Shown here one piece after another: positions 1 to 9,988 of a DNA stretch of 32,000 bases. The notes beneath the pieces were generated by a model. It made no database searches and had not been told where the DNA came from. It saw only the letters and a list, made by a program, of their open reading frames with translations. The translations under genes were made by a program, and so were the position numbers. This DNA is from Candidatus Saccharimonadota bacterium (GTDB taxonomy: Bacteria; Pseudomonadota; Gammaproteobacteria; Enterobacterales; Enterobacteriaceae): positions 180,001 through 212,000 of the forward strand of contig NC_008513.1 in assembly GCF_000090965.1 (NCBI RefSeq), given 5' to 3'. Within the stretch, counting starts at the first letter, position 1; every line of letters starts with the position of its first letter.

Positions 1-1356
1 AGTATATTAACTATTGGTGATGGTTTAGTTTCACAAATTCCTTCTTTAATTATATCTATTGCTTCCGGAATAATTTTAACACGATCAAATTCTGATAAAA
101 TTAATATTGGTGAAAAAATAATTTATCAAGTTTTTAATAATTCTAAAGTTATTTTCTTTAGTAGTATTATTTTTTGTTTTTTTGGTTTAATTCCAGGTAT
201 GCCTAATTTTATTTTTTTGTTTTTTTCTGTTTTATTTTTTATACTGTCATGGTATATAAATTATCGAAAAAATATAAATAAAAATTTTTCTAAAATATTA
301 AAATTTAAAAAAAGAAAAAAAATAGATATATCTTGGAATGATATTGAATTTGAAGATTTATTAAGAATAGAATTGAGTTCTATATTTTTTAAACTATGTT
401 ATCAAAAAGAATATAATAATTTAATAAAAAAATTACAATTTTTAAGAAAAAATATTGCTCAAGATTATGGTTTTTTATTACCTGAAATTAATATAATTCA
501 TAATTCTAAATTAGATAGAGGACAATATAAAATTTTTATTAAAGGGGTAGAATTATTTAGTGGATTTATTTTTTTTGATAAATTATTAATAATTAATAAA
601 GAAAGAGATTTAATTAATATTTCTGGTATAAAAATAACTGATTCTTTTTTTAGTTTTCCTGTTTTTTGGATTAATCCTGTAATTAAAGATACGCTTTTAA
701 ATAAAAAAATTGTTTTTTTAGATTCTAATGTTTTAATTATAAAAAATTTTAATAAAATTATTAGAAATAATTTATATAATTTATTTGGATTTCAAGAAAC
801 ACAGCAATTATTAGATCGTATATCACAGCATTATCCTAAATTAATTGATTATTTAATACCTAATTTAATGTCAATAATTACTTTTCAGAACATTTTACAA
901 AATCTATTAAAAGATGATATATCAATAAAAGATATAAGAACAATTGTAGAAACTTTAATAAAATATAGTAGTCAATTTAAAAATAATATTGAAGAATTAA
1001 CGAATATAATTCGAATTGCATTAAAAGAATTTATTACACAAAAATTTTTTTTTAAAAATAAATATATTAATGTTATTGGATTGAGCACTAATTTTGAAAA
1101 CATATTATTAAAATTTGTTGGTAATAATAAAAATCAAATTGAACCAATTTTTTCAGAAAAATTAATTGAAAAAACTAAATCTGCAATAATTTTACAAAAA
1201 AAAAATAATCTTCCTGTTGTTTTATTAGTTAATCCTAAAATAAGAGTTTTACTATCAAATTTTTTTTTAAATTGTAATATTATACTTCCAGTTTTATCTT
1301 TTTCAGAGATTTCTGAAAATCGTGTAATTAAAATTACACAATTTATCGATAAGTAA
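1..1356 (+). CDS. flhA: Flagellar type III export apparatus protein FlhA, C-terminal ~450 aa (5' end lies upstream of the window)
   Basis: Frame 1 is open from base 1 (SILTIGDGLVSQIPSLIISIASGIILTRSN..., the conserved FlhA motif TIGDGLV.QIP.L.IS.A.G.I.TR). It runs straight into the 199..1356 ORF, so the ATG at 199 is internal. Length and position next to argS fit flhA. Confidence 0.9.
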   Translation, partial: SILTIGDGLVSQIPSLIISIASGIILTRSNSDKINIGEKIIYQVFNNSKVIFFSSIIFCFFGLIPGMPNFIFLFFSVLFFILSWYINYRKNINKNFSKILKFKKRKKIDISWNDIEFEDLLRIELSSIFFKLCYQKEYNNLIKKLQFLRKNIAQDYGFLLPEINIIHNSKLDRGQYKIFIKGVELFSGFIFFDKLLIINKERDLINISGIKITDSFFSFPVFWINPVIKDTLLNKKIVFLDSNVLIIKNFNKIIRNNLYNLFGFQETQQLLDRISQHYPKLIDYLIPNLMSIITFQNILQNLLKDDISIKDIRTIVETLIKYSSQFKNNIEELTNIIRIALKEFITQKFFFKNKYINVIGLSTNFENILLKFVGNNKNQIEPIFSEKLIEKTKSAIILQKKNNLPVVLLVNPKIRVLLSNFFLNCNIILPVLSFSEISENRVIKITQFIDK

Positions 1357-1367
1357 GTTATTTATTT

Positions 1368-3083
1368 TTACATTTTTGATACTGTTTTTATTCCTAAAAA
1401 GTATAAACATTTTTTAATTATTTTAGAAGTTAAAATAGATAATTTAATTCTACTTATTTTGATGTGTTTTTCTTTTGCGTTTAATATAGAACAATTTTCA
1501 TAAAATTTTGAAAATTTTCCAGAAAGATCGTATAAGTAATTACACATCAAATGTGGTGTTCCTTTTTTTTCTAAAATATGTATTATTTCTTCAAATTGAA
1601 AAATAGAAAATATTAATTGTCGTTCAAAACTAGTAAAAATATTTATTTTATATTTATCATTTTGAAATATTGTAGTATTTTTTTTAATTATAGATTTTAT
1701 TCTTATATATGCATACTGTATATAAGGTGCTGTATTTCCTTCTAAAGATAACATTTTATCCCAATCAAAAATATAATCTAATTTTCTTTTTTTTGATAAA
1801 TCAAAATATTTAATTGCTCCAATACCGATATTATGAGCAATTTTTTTTAATTCTTTTTTTTTTATTTTTCTATTTTTTTTTTTTATTTTTTCTTTTGCTT
1901 TTGTAACTCCTTTATTTAATAATTTAATTAATTTAATTGTGTCTCCATTTCTTGTTTTAAATGGTTTTTTGTTTTTATGTAAAATCATTCCAAATGAATG
2001 ATGTTCTAATAAAATTTTTTTTGTAAAATATTTAGCTTTTTTTGCTATATTCCAAATTTGTAAAAGATGTTGTTTTTGTCTATTATCAATATAATAAATT
2101 ATTCGATCTGCTTTTAAAGTTTTACAACGATATTTTAAACAGGCAATATCTGTTGTAGTATATAAAAACGCTCCATCTTTTTTTTGTATAACGACTCCCA
2201 TTTTTTTTCCTAGTCTGTTTTTAAAATTTTTTAAATAAACAATTACACATCCTTGATAATTTACTGCAATTTTTTTTTTTTTTAAATCAGATATAATACC
2301 TGGTAACATAAAGTTATAAAAGCTTTCTCCACGTATATCTTTTTTTTTTAGAGAAACATTTAATTTTTTATAAACTTTATTATTTTTTTTAATTGATTTT
2401 TTAACTATTTTTTTCCAAATATATATACATTTTTTATCTTTTTTTTGTAATTTAACAACATTTTTTTTTGTTTTTTTAAAAAAAATTGGATTTTTTTTAT
2501 AATTTAAATAAGATTTTTTATAGATTTTTTCTATATTTTTAAAAGATATTTTAGATTCTAATTTTAATTGAGTAATTAACATTCCAAATTGAATTCCCCA
2601 ATCTCCAATATGATTTTGTTTAATAACATTATGACCTAAAAATTTTAATATACGTGCTGTAGTATCACCTAATATAGTTGATCTTAAATGTCCAACATGC
2701 ATTTCTTTTGCTATATTTGGAGATGAATAGTCAATAATAATTTTTTTTGGTTTTTTAAAAGAAATATTAAAATTTTTTGCAATAAACATATTATTTATAT
2801 TAGTACATATCCAATTAGAATCTAAAGTAATATTAATAAATCCAGGTTTTGAAATAGATATTTTTTTATATATTTTAGATTTATTCATATAGTATGAAAT
2901 TTTTTTTGCTAGTTTATAATGATAGTTAGATTTTTTTTTTTTTAATTTTATTATTCCGTTAATTTGATAATCAATATTTTTTTTTTTTATATTTTTTTGA
3001 ATAATTGGATTAAAATTTTCTGGTAATCCTAATTTTATACAAATTTTTTTTATTTTTTTTTTTAAGAATTTTTGAATATTCAT
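1368..3083 (-). CDS. argS: Arginyl-tRNA synthetase
   Basis: The 575-aa ORF carries the class I HIGH motif (EMHVGHLRST) and ArgS-like N and C termini. The likely start is the second Met (MNIQKFLKK..., cf. E. coli MNIQALL) at 3083 rather than the ORF-track start at 3095. Confidence 0.9.
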   Translation of the reverse strand: MNIQKFLKKKIKKICIKLGLPENFNPIIQKNIKKKNIDYQINGIIKLKKKKSNYHYKLAKKISYYMNKSKIYKKISISKPGFINITLDSNWICTNINNMFIAKNFNISFKKPKKIIIDYSSPNIAKEMHVGHLRSTILGDTTARILKFLGHNVIKQNHIGDWGIQFGMLITQLKLESKISFKNIEKIYKKSYLNYKKNPIFFKKTKKNVVKLQKKDKKCIYIWKKIVKKSIKKNNKVYKKLNVSLKKKDIRGESFYNFMLPGIISDLKKKKIAVNYQGCVIVYLKNFKNRLGKKMGVVIQKKDGAFLYTTTDIACLKYRCKTLKADRIIYYIDNRQKQHLLQIWNIAKKAKYFTKKILLEHHSFGMILHKNKKPFKTRNGDTIKLIKLLNKGVTKAKEKIKKKNRKIKKKELKKIAHNIGIGAIKYFDLSKKRKLDYIFDWDKMLSLEGNTAPYIQYAYIRIKSIIKKNTTIFQNDKYKINIFTSFERQLIFSIFQFEEIIHILEKKGTPHLMCNYLYDLSGKFSKFYENCSILNAKEKHIKISRIKLSILTSKIIKKCLYFLGIKTVSKM

Positions 3084-3319
3084 GAATAAACCCATATTTA
3101 TATTTAATTTTTATATTAAAGATTAATTATAATAATTATTATTTAAAATAATAGAAATATTTTAAAATATAATTTTTTAATTGTTTTTATAAAAAAAATA
3201 TATGAAATATTTGTTTATAAAAAATATATATTTTATATCTTTTGTATAAATTAATTGTATTAATATATAAATTATATATATAAAATAATGTTTTATTTAT
3301 ATTTAATTTAAAAAATATG

Positions 3320-3347
3320 TTGACTTTTTTTTAAAAAAATATAATAT
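3320..3347 (+). promoter_or_regulatory. Candidate sigma70 promoter for the 16S rRNA operon
   Basis: TTGACT (3320-3325) is followed by a 16-nt spacer and TAATAT (3342-3347). An alternative TATAAT at 3340-3345 has only a 14-nt spacer. It lies ~140 nt upstream of the mature 16S 5' end and upstream of the boxA-like element. TTGAC is rare in this AT-rich DNA, but -10-like hexamers are everywhere. Confidence 0.35.
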
Positions 3348-3364
3348 AGATCTTGTAATAAAAA

Positions 3365-3377
3365 TGTTCTTTAAAAA
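3365..3377 (+). promoter_or_regulatory. boxA-like antitermination element in the rRNA leader
   Basis: TGTTCTTTAAAAA compared with the E. coli rrn boxA TGCTCTTTAACAA (11 of 13 identical). It sits between the candidate promoter and the 16S processing stem. Confidence 0.5.
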
Positions 3378-3387
3378 AATATTTCAG

Positions 3388-3405
3388 AAAATTTATGCGG
3401 GCACA
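3388..3405 (+). other. 5' half of the long-range 16S precursor processing stem (RNase III-type)
   Basis: AAAATTTATGCGGGCACA is the perfect reverse complement of 5062-5079 (TGTGCCCGCATAAATTTT). The pairing is extendable by G-U, A-U, C-G and U-A pairs (3384-3387 with 5080-5083). The two halves bracket the mature 16S. Confidence 0.75.
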
Positions 3406-3486
3406 TGAAGATTAAATATTCAGATGTAAATTATTCATTATTAATTTTAATTAAAAAAAAATTAGTTTTGTAATAAATAGTTATAC

Positions 3487-5039
<1,553 letters not shown>

Positions 5040-5061
5040 AAATTTAAATATTTAGTTGGAT

Positions 5062-5079
5062 TGTGCCCGCATAAATTTT
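5062..5079 (+). other. 3' half of the 16S precursor processing stem
   Basis: Perfect 18-nt complement of 3388-3405. It lies 22 nt after the 16S 3' end and 16 nt before tRNA-Ile. Confidence 0.75.
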
Positions 5080-5095
5080 TTGATTTATAAAAAAC

Positions 5096-5169
5096 AGGCT
5101 TGTAGCTCAGCCGGTTAGAGCACACCCCTGATAAGGGTGAGGTCGGTGGTTCAAATCCACTCAGGCCTA
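5096..5169 (+). tRNA. ileT: tRNA-Ile (anticodon GAT)
   Basis: AGGCTTGTAGCTCAG..CCCCTGATAAGGGTG..GGTTCAAATCCACTCAGGCCTA is near-identical to E. coli tRNA-Ile(GAU). The cloverleaf is intact, and the 3' CCA is not encoded (followed by TAT). Confidence 0.95.
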
Positions 5170-5182
5170 TATGCACTATAAA

Positions 5183-5255
5183 GGGGCTATAGCTCAGCTG
5201 GGAGAGCGCCTGCTTTGCACGCAGGAGGTCAGCGGTTCAATCCCGCTTAGCTCCA
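5183..5255 (+). tRNA. alaT: tRNA-Ala (anticodon TGC)
   Basis: GGGGCTATAGCTCAGCTGGGAGAGCGCCTGCTTTGCACGCAGGAGGTCAGCGGTTCAATCCCGCTTAGCTCCA is near-identical to E. coli tRNA-Ala(UGC), including the G3:U70 pair. The CCA is not encoded (followed by ATG). Confidence 0.95.
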
Positions 5256-5342
5256 ATGTTTTTTAGTTTTTTGTCTTAGTATATTAAGCATTACGTTAAT
5301 TTTTATAATTTATTTAACATATATATTTTATATAATAAAAAT

Positions 5343-6038
5343 ATGATTAAAAAAAATCTTAGACAAGTATTTCTAGATATAGAAACTACTGGTATGAATA
5401 AGTATGGTTGTATATATTTAAATCATAAAATTATAGAAATAGGGATTATAGAAACAATTAATAGAAAATATACTGGTAGATATATACATTATTATTTATA
5501 CCCTCAACGATCAATTGAATCATCAGCATATAAAATTCATGGAATATCTGAAAGTTTTTTATCAAATAAACCAACTTTTAAAGATATATATAAAGAAATT
5601 TTTAATTTTATTAAAAATTCTGAAATTATTGTTCATAATTCTAATTTTGATATTAGTTTTTTAGATTATGAATTTTTTTTATTAAATATTGGTATTAATA
5701 AAATTAAAACTTTTTCTACTATTACAGATACTTTATTTATTGCTAGAAAATTATTTCCTGGAAAAAAAAATAATTTAGATGCATTATGTGCTCGTTATAA
5801 AATAACTAATATAAATAGAAATTTTCATAGTGCTTTATTAGATGCAAAAATATTAATGAAATTATATATGTATATGACTAGTATACAAAAGGAAATAAAT
5901 TTCAGTAGAAACTACATTAAAAAAATTAAAATACCAAAAAATTTTTTTAAATATTATAAAAAACCATTAAAAATTATTTTTGCAACTAAAAAAGAAAATC
6001 AAACTCATCTAGAGTATATGAAAAAAATTATAAAATAA
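5343..6038 (+). CDS. dnaQ: DNA polymerase III epsilon subunit (3'-5' proofreading exonuclease)
   Basis: All three exonuclease motifs are present: Exo I FLDIETTG, Exo II HNSNFDISFL and Exo III HSALLDAKIL. Length is 231 aa against about 243 in E. coli. Confidence 0.9.
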   Translation: MIKKNLRQVFLDIETTGMNKYGCIYLNHKIIEIGIIETINRKYTGRYIHYYLYPQRSIESSAYKIHGISESFLSNKPTFKDIYKEIFNFIKNSEIIVHNSNFDISFLDYEFFLLNIGINKIKTFSTITDTLFIARKLFPGKKNNLDALCARYKITNINRNFHSALLDAKILMKLYMYMTSIQKEINFSRNYIKKIKIPKNFFKYYKKPLKIIFATKKENQTHLEYMKKIIK

Positions 6039-6127
6039 TTATATATAAAGTATATATTTTAAAAACTATTTTATTCTTAGTTCATTTATATAAATATATT
6101 ATTTATATTTAATTATTTTAAATAGAA

Positions 6128-6202
6128 GGTGTGGTAGTTCAGTTGGTTAGAATACCGGCCTGTCACGCCGGGGGGTCGCGGGTTCGAATCCCGTCCACAC
6201 CG
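6128..6202 (+). tRNA. aspT: tRNA-Asp (anticodon GTC)
   Basis: GGTGTGGTAGTTCAGTTGGTTAGAATACCGGCCTGTCACGCCGG..GCGGGTTCGAATCCCGTCCACACCG has a 7-bp acceptor stem (GGTGTGG/CCACACC) and anticodon loop CTGTCAC. The CCA is not encoded (followed by TAA). Confidence 0.93.
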
Positions 6203-6361
6203 TAAATTTTTCTATATATAGAATATTTACTTTTTCTAAATGTATTTTATTTTTTTAATAAAAATTATATATAAAAATATAATTATAAGTATTTTTATTT
6301 AAAATAATTTATTTATATATTAGTGCTATTTTCTTTAAAATATACTTTTGGAAATATAATT

Positions 6362-6913
6362 ATGAATAATACTGATAATATCAATTCTATATCTTCAGAT
6401 AAAAAAAAAAATATAATTAATAAAAATATTATTTTAGAAAAAAAAATTTTATTAGAAAAAAAAACAGAATTACAAAATTTAGAAGAATATATTAATAAAA
6501 AAAAAAATATATATGAAAAAAATATATATAAATTAAAAAAAAGATTACAAAAAAAAATAGATAATACCTATAATTTTTTTTTAGAAAAACATTTTTTATC
6601 ATTATTACCTATCATTGATAGTATTGATTCTTCAATTAATTTATTAGATAATTCGAATAATAATTATTCAGATATATATACACAATTAAAAGAAATCAAT
6701 AAAAATTTTATTTCTATCTTTCATAAATATAAAATTTCTGTAATTAATTCTATTAATGTAATTTTTAATCCAGATGTTCATCAGGCTATATCAATTGATT
6801 TTTCTGGAAAATATAAAAATAATTTTGTATCTTCAATTATTCAAAAAGGTTATTTATTAAATAATAGATTGTTACGACCAGCTTTAGTTTCAGTATCTAA
6901 AATATATCAATAA
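6362..6913 (+). CDS. grpE: Nucleotide exchange factor GrpE
   Basis: The C-terminal block FNPDVHQAISIDFS...IIQKGYLLNNRLLRPALVSVSK matches GrpE (FDPNVHQAI...QKGY.LNGR..R.A.V.V.K). The N-terminal half is a Lys-rich coiled coil. The ATG at 6362 is preferred over the GTG at 6323 used by the ORF track. Confidence 0.85.
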   Translation: MNNTDNINSISSDKKKNIINKNIILEKKILLEKKTELQNLEEYINKKKNIYEKNIYKLKKRLQKKIDNTYNFFLEKHFLSLLPIIDSIDSSINLLDNSNNNYSDIYTQLKEINKNFISIFHKYKISVINSINVIFNPDVHQAISIDFSGKYKNNFVSSIIQKGYLLNNRLLRPALVSVSKIYQ

Positions 6914-6978
6914 ATCATATTTAAAAATTTATTTTTAAAAACTATATTTTGTTTTTTATTTTATTTAAGGGAAAAATT

Positions 6979-7448
6979 TTGAATATTTCTAAAAAAAAAA
7001 AACTTTTTTAAATAAGAAAGTTAAATATAATTTTTATATAAAAAAAAAATTTATTTCTGGTATAGAATTACAAGGATGGGAAGTAAAATCAATTCGAGCA
7101 GGACATGTTCAAATTAGTGATGGACATGTAATTATAAAAAATAATGAAGTTTATTTAACTAATGTACAGTTTCAACCATTAATCTATACTTCAGATTTAA
7201 AATTTTGTTTGTCAAATCGTGTTAGAAAATTGTTATTAAAAAAAAAAGAAATTTTTTTTTTAAAAATGTATAGTATTAAAAAAGGATATACTATTGTCCC
7301 AATAAAATTGTTTTGGATTAAATCTTGGTGTAAAATAAAAATAGCATTAGTTAAAGGAAAATCAAAAATGGATAAACGTCAAGATAAAAGAAATAATTCT
7401 TGGAAAATAGAAAGAGATACAATTTTTAAAAGAATATTAATTAAATAA
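6979..7448 (+). CDS. smpB: SsrA-binding protein SmpB, interrupted by a frameshift inside an A12 tract (6991-7002)
   Basis: Frame 3 is open from 6993 to 7448 and encodes ..[34 protein letters not shown]...KGYTIVPIKLFWIKSWCKIKIALVKGKSKMDKRQD.., colinear with E. coli SmpB ([35 protein letters not shown]...). That frame has no start codon before 7209. A plausible start (TTG 6979, preceded by AAGGG at 6967-6971) encodes MNISKKKK in frame 1 and stops at 7009. One extra A in the tract joins the two frames. Confidence 0.8.
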
Positions 7449-7493
7449 ATTAAATTAAATAGTATTATATGTACTTATTAGGATTATATTAAT

Positions 7494-7955
7494 ATGCTAT
7501 CTATAGATAATTATTGGATGAAATATGCTTTAAAACAAGCATATTTAGGAAAAAAAAATGGTGAAGTTCCTATAGGTTCATTATTAATTAAAAACAATAA
7601 TCTTATTAGTTCAGCATGGAATTCTTGTATTAATTTATTTGATGCTAGTGCTCATGCAGAAATATTAGTTATTAGAAATGGAGGAAAAATACTTAAAAAT
7701 TATCGATTAAAAAATACAATTTTATATGTTACTCATGAACCATGTTTTATGTGTTCCGAAGCTATTATTAATGCTAGAATTAATAAAGTTGTATATGGTT
7801 CTTATAGTTTTAAAAAAAACTGTTTTTCTTATTATATAAATTTTTTATATATTAATAATATTAAGCATCATATAAAAGAAATAAAATCAGGTATCCTATT
7901 ATATGAATGCTCAAATTTATTAAAAAATTTTTTTAGAAGAAAAAGATATACATAA
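7494..7955 (+). CDS. tadA: tRNA-specific adenosine deaminase
   Basis: Cytidine/deoxycytidylate deaminase zinc motifs HAEILVI and PCFMCSEAII are present. At 153 aa the size fits TadA. Confidence 0.85.
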   Translation: MLSIDNYWMKYALKQAYLGKKNGEVPIGSLLIKNNNLISSAWNSCINLFDASAHAEILVIRNGGKILKNYRLKNTILYVTHEPCFMCSEAIINARINKVVYGSYSFKKNCFSYYINFLYINNIKHHIKEIKSGILLYECSNLLKNFFRRKRYT

Positions 7956-7970
7956 GAAAATTTTTTTGTA

Positions 7971-8351
7971 TTATTTTTCTAAAATAGCTATTGCATATGT
8001 ATGTTTATTTGAATCTGTTACACTCAAAAAAATTTTTTTAACTTGTGATTTTTTAAATATTTTTTTTATATATCCTAATGTTGTTAATTGTATTTTTTTT
8101 TTTTTATTGTAAAAAATTTCACAGTTATTTAAGAAATTATTTTTAAATATACTTATTCCTATTGCTTTTGCTATAGCTTCTTTAATTGAAAATCTTATAG
8201 CTAAAAATTTTTCTTTTTTATGTGTATAAGAATATTCAATTAATTCCTTTTTTGATAAAATTTTTTTAGGGATTTTGATTCCATAATTAATAATTAATTT
8301 TTTAAATCTAAAAATATTAATAACATCAATTCCAATTCCTATAATTGCCAT
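7971..8351 (-). CDS. acpS: Holo-[acyl-carrier-protein] synthase
   Basis: 126 aa, the same length as E. coli Acp[17 protein letters not shown] compares with [31 protein letters not shown] with FLAKRFAVKEAAAKA, and the C terminus HTYAIAILE with HYACATVIIE. Confidence 0.88.
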
Positions 8352-9219
8352 TTTCTTCCTTTTTAAATTTATTTTTTTTAATTTTAATTTTTATTTTTAA
8401 TAATGTTTTTTTTTTAAATGTTTTTTCTATTTTTTTTATTGAATAAAGTATACATTTTTGAATTTTTTCTCCATGTTTTCCGATAATAATTTTTTTATGT
8501 CTTTTATTATTAACAATAATTATACAAAAAATAATATATTTATTTTTAATATTCTTATTTAAGATAACATCTGATATTATAAATGAATATACTAATTCTT
8601 TATATAATAAATGCATTAAAGTTTTTCTAATTATTTCTGTAATCAAAAATTTTTCTTTATAAATAGTTTTTTTTGTAGAGATATATTTATGATTAGCTAT
8701 AGGTAATTTTTTTTTAATATTAGTTAATAAAATATCTAAAAATTTCTTTTTTTTCGCTGAAATTAAAATAATTTCACTATTAGGCGCGAATTTACTTATT
8801 TTTAATATAAAAGGTAATAATTTTTTTTTTTCAGTAATTAAATCAATTTTATTAATTACAATAATATATTTTTTTTTTTTTTTTTGAATAAAATTAAGTA
8901 TTTTAATTTCTATATTTTTCCAAATAAAGTTTGTAATTAAAAAAATTATTATATCTGATTCATTAATTAAATTAAATGTATCACGTATTTTTTTTTTTTC
9001 GATAATATTATGATATTTATCTTGTAATCCTGGAGAATCAAAAATTTCAAATTGAAACAATTTATATGTATAAATTCCTATAATATGTTTCTGAGTAGTA
9101 TTTGGTTTACGTGATATAATTGATATATTAGACTTAATTAATTTATTTAATAATGTAGATTTTCCAACATTAGTCCTTCCGACTATGATAATTTTTCCAA
9201 AAAAAGTTTTTTTTTGCAT
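8326..9219 (-). CDS. era: GTPase Era
   Basis: GTPase motifs G1 [10 protein letters not shown]3 DSPG and G4 NKID are present, with a C-terminal KH-like region. It sits downstream of rnc as in E. coli. Its 3' end overlaps the acpS start by 26 nt. Confidence 0.88.
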
Positions 9220-9224
9220 TATTT

Positions 9225-9905
9225 TTATTCTACCTCTAATCTAATTAATGCATTTTGTGCTGCATCTTGTTCTGCTTTTCTTCTACTTGCACCTATTCCA
9301 ATTAATAATTCTGATAATCCATCAATTTTACAATAAATAGTAAAAATTTGATTATGAGCTTCTCCATATATTTGTCCAATACTATATATTGGTAAAGAAA
9401 AATGTTTTGATTGTAGATATTCTTGTAATCTAGTTTTTGGATCTTTTTTTGTTCCTGTTGGATTCATTTTTTTGAAACGATTTTTATACCAATATAAAAT
9501 TATTCTTTCTACAGTATAAATATTACTGTCTAAAAATATACTTGCTATTATTGCTTCTATAGCATTAGCTAATATAGATTCACGTTTAAAACCACCACTT
9601 TTTTTTTCTCCTTGCCCTAATTGTAAATATTTTCCTAAAGAAAATTCAGTAGCAATCTCAGCCAGTGTATTACCTCTAACTAATGTAGCTCTCATTCTAC
9701 TCATTCCACCTTCATTCATTTTAGGAAAATGATGATATAATGCTTTAGCAATAATAAAACTAAGAATTGAATCTCCTAAAAATTCCAATCGTTCATTATG
9801 TTGAGAGCTTGCACTTCTATGTGTTAATGCATGTTTTAATAATGTTATATTTGTAAATGTATAACCGATAAATTTTTGTAATTTTTTCATCACTATTGGA
9901 TTCAT
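9225..9905 (-). CDS. rnc: Ribonuclease III
   Basis: 226 aa, the same length as E. coli Rnc. It carries the RNase III signature [13 protein letters not shown], the block [16 protein letters not shown] and the dsRBD block [12 protein letters not shown]...SRRKAEQ.AA. By eye it is very close to the E. coli protein along its full length. Confidence 0.95.
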
Positions 9906-9988
9906 TTTATATTAATTAAAAATTAAAATTATTAATACATTTTTTATATAAAATATTTTAAATCAATAATTTGCTAAATATAATATTT

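Noticed and set aside
3084-3095. N-terminal extensions in the ORF track: argS MGLF-, grpE from GTG 6323, fabI from TTG 14311, rlmN from TTG 24560
   Set aside because: Alignment by eye with the E. coli N termini (MNIQ.., MAFL.., etc.) and the presence of downstream ATG codons favour the shorter forms. The extensions come from taking the longest possible ORF.
6208-6221. AT-only palindromes (TTCTATATATAGAA after tRNA-Asp, TTAAAAAT..ATTTTTAA after grpE at about 6920-6945, AAAAATTTTT after rluB) as possible terminators
   Set aside because: These stems consist solely of A-T pairs with little or no loop. They are thermodynamically weak and expected by chance, so they are not reported as features.
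6203-6361. Looked for a sigma32 heat-shock promoter (CTTGAAA ... CCCCAT) upstream of grpE
   Set aside because: No match to either hexamer is present. Only generic AT-rich sequence is there, so no promoter call is made.
7449-7493. Looked for tmRNA (ssrA), which follows smpB in E. coli
   Set aside because: Only 45 nt separate smpB from tadA. There is no tRNA-like acceptor/T-arm sequence or GC-rich RNA signature anywhere nearby, so ssrA must lie elsewhere.
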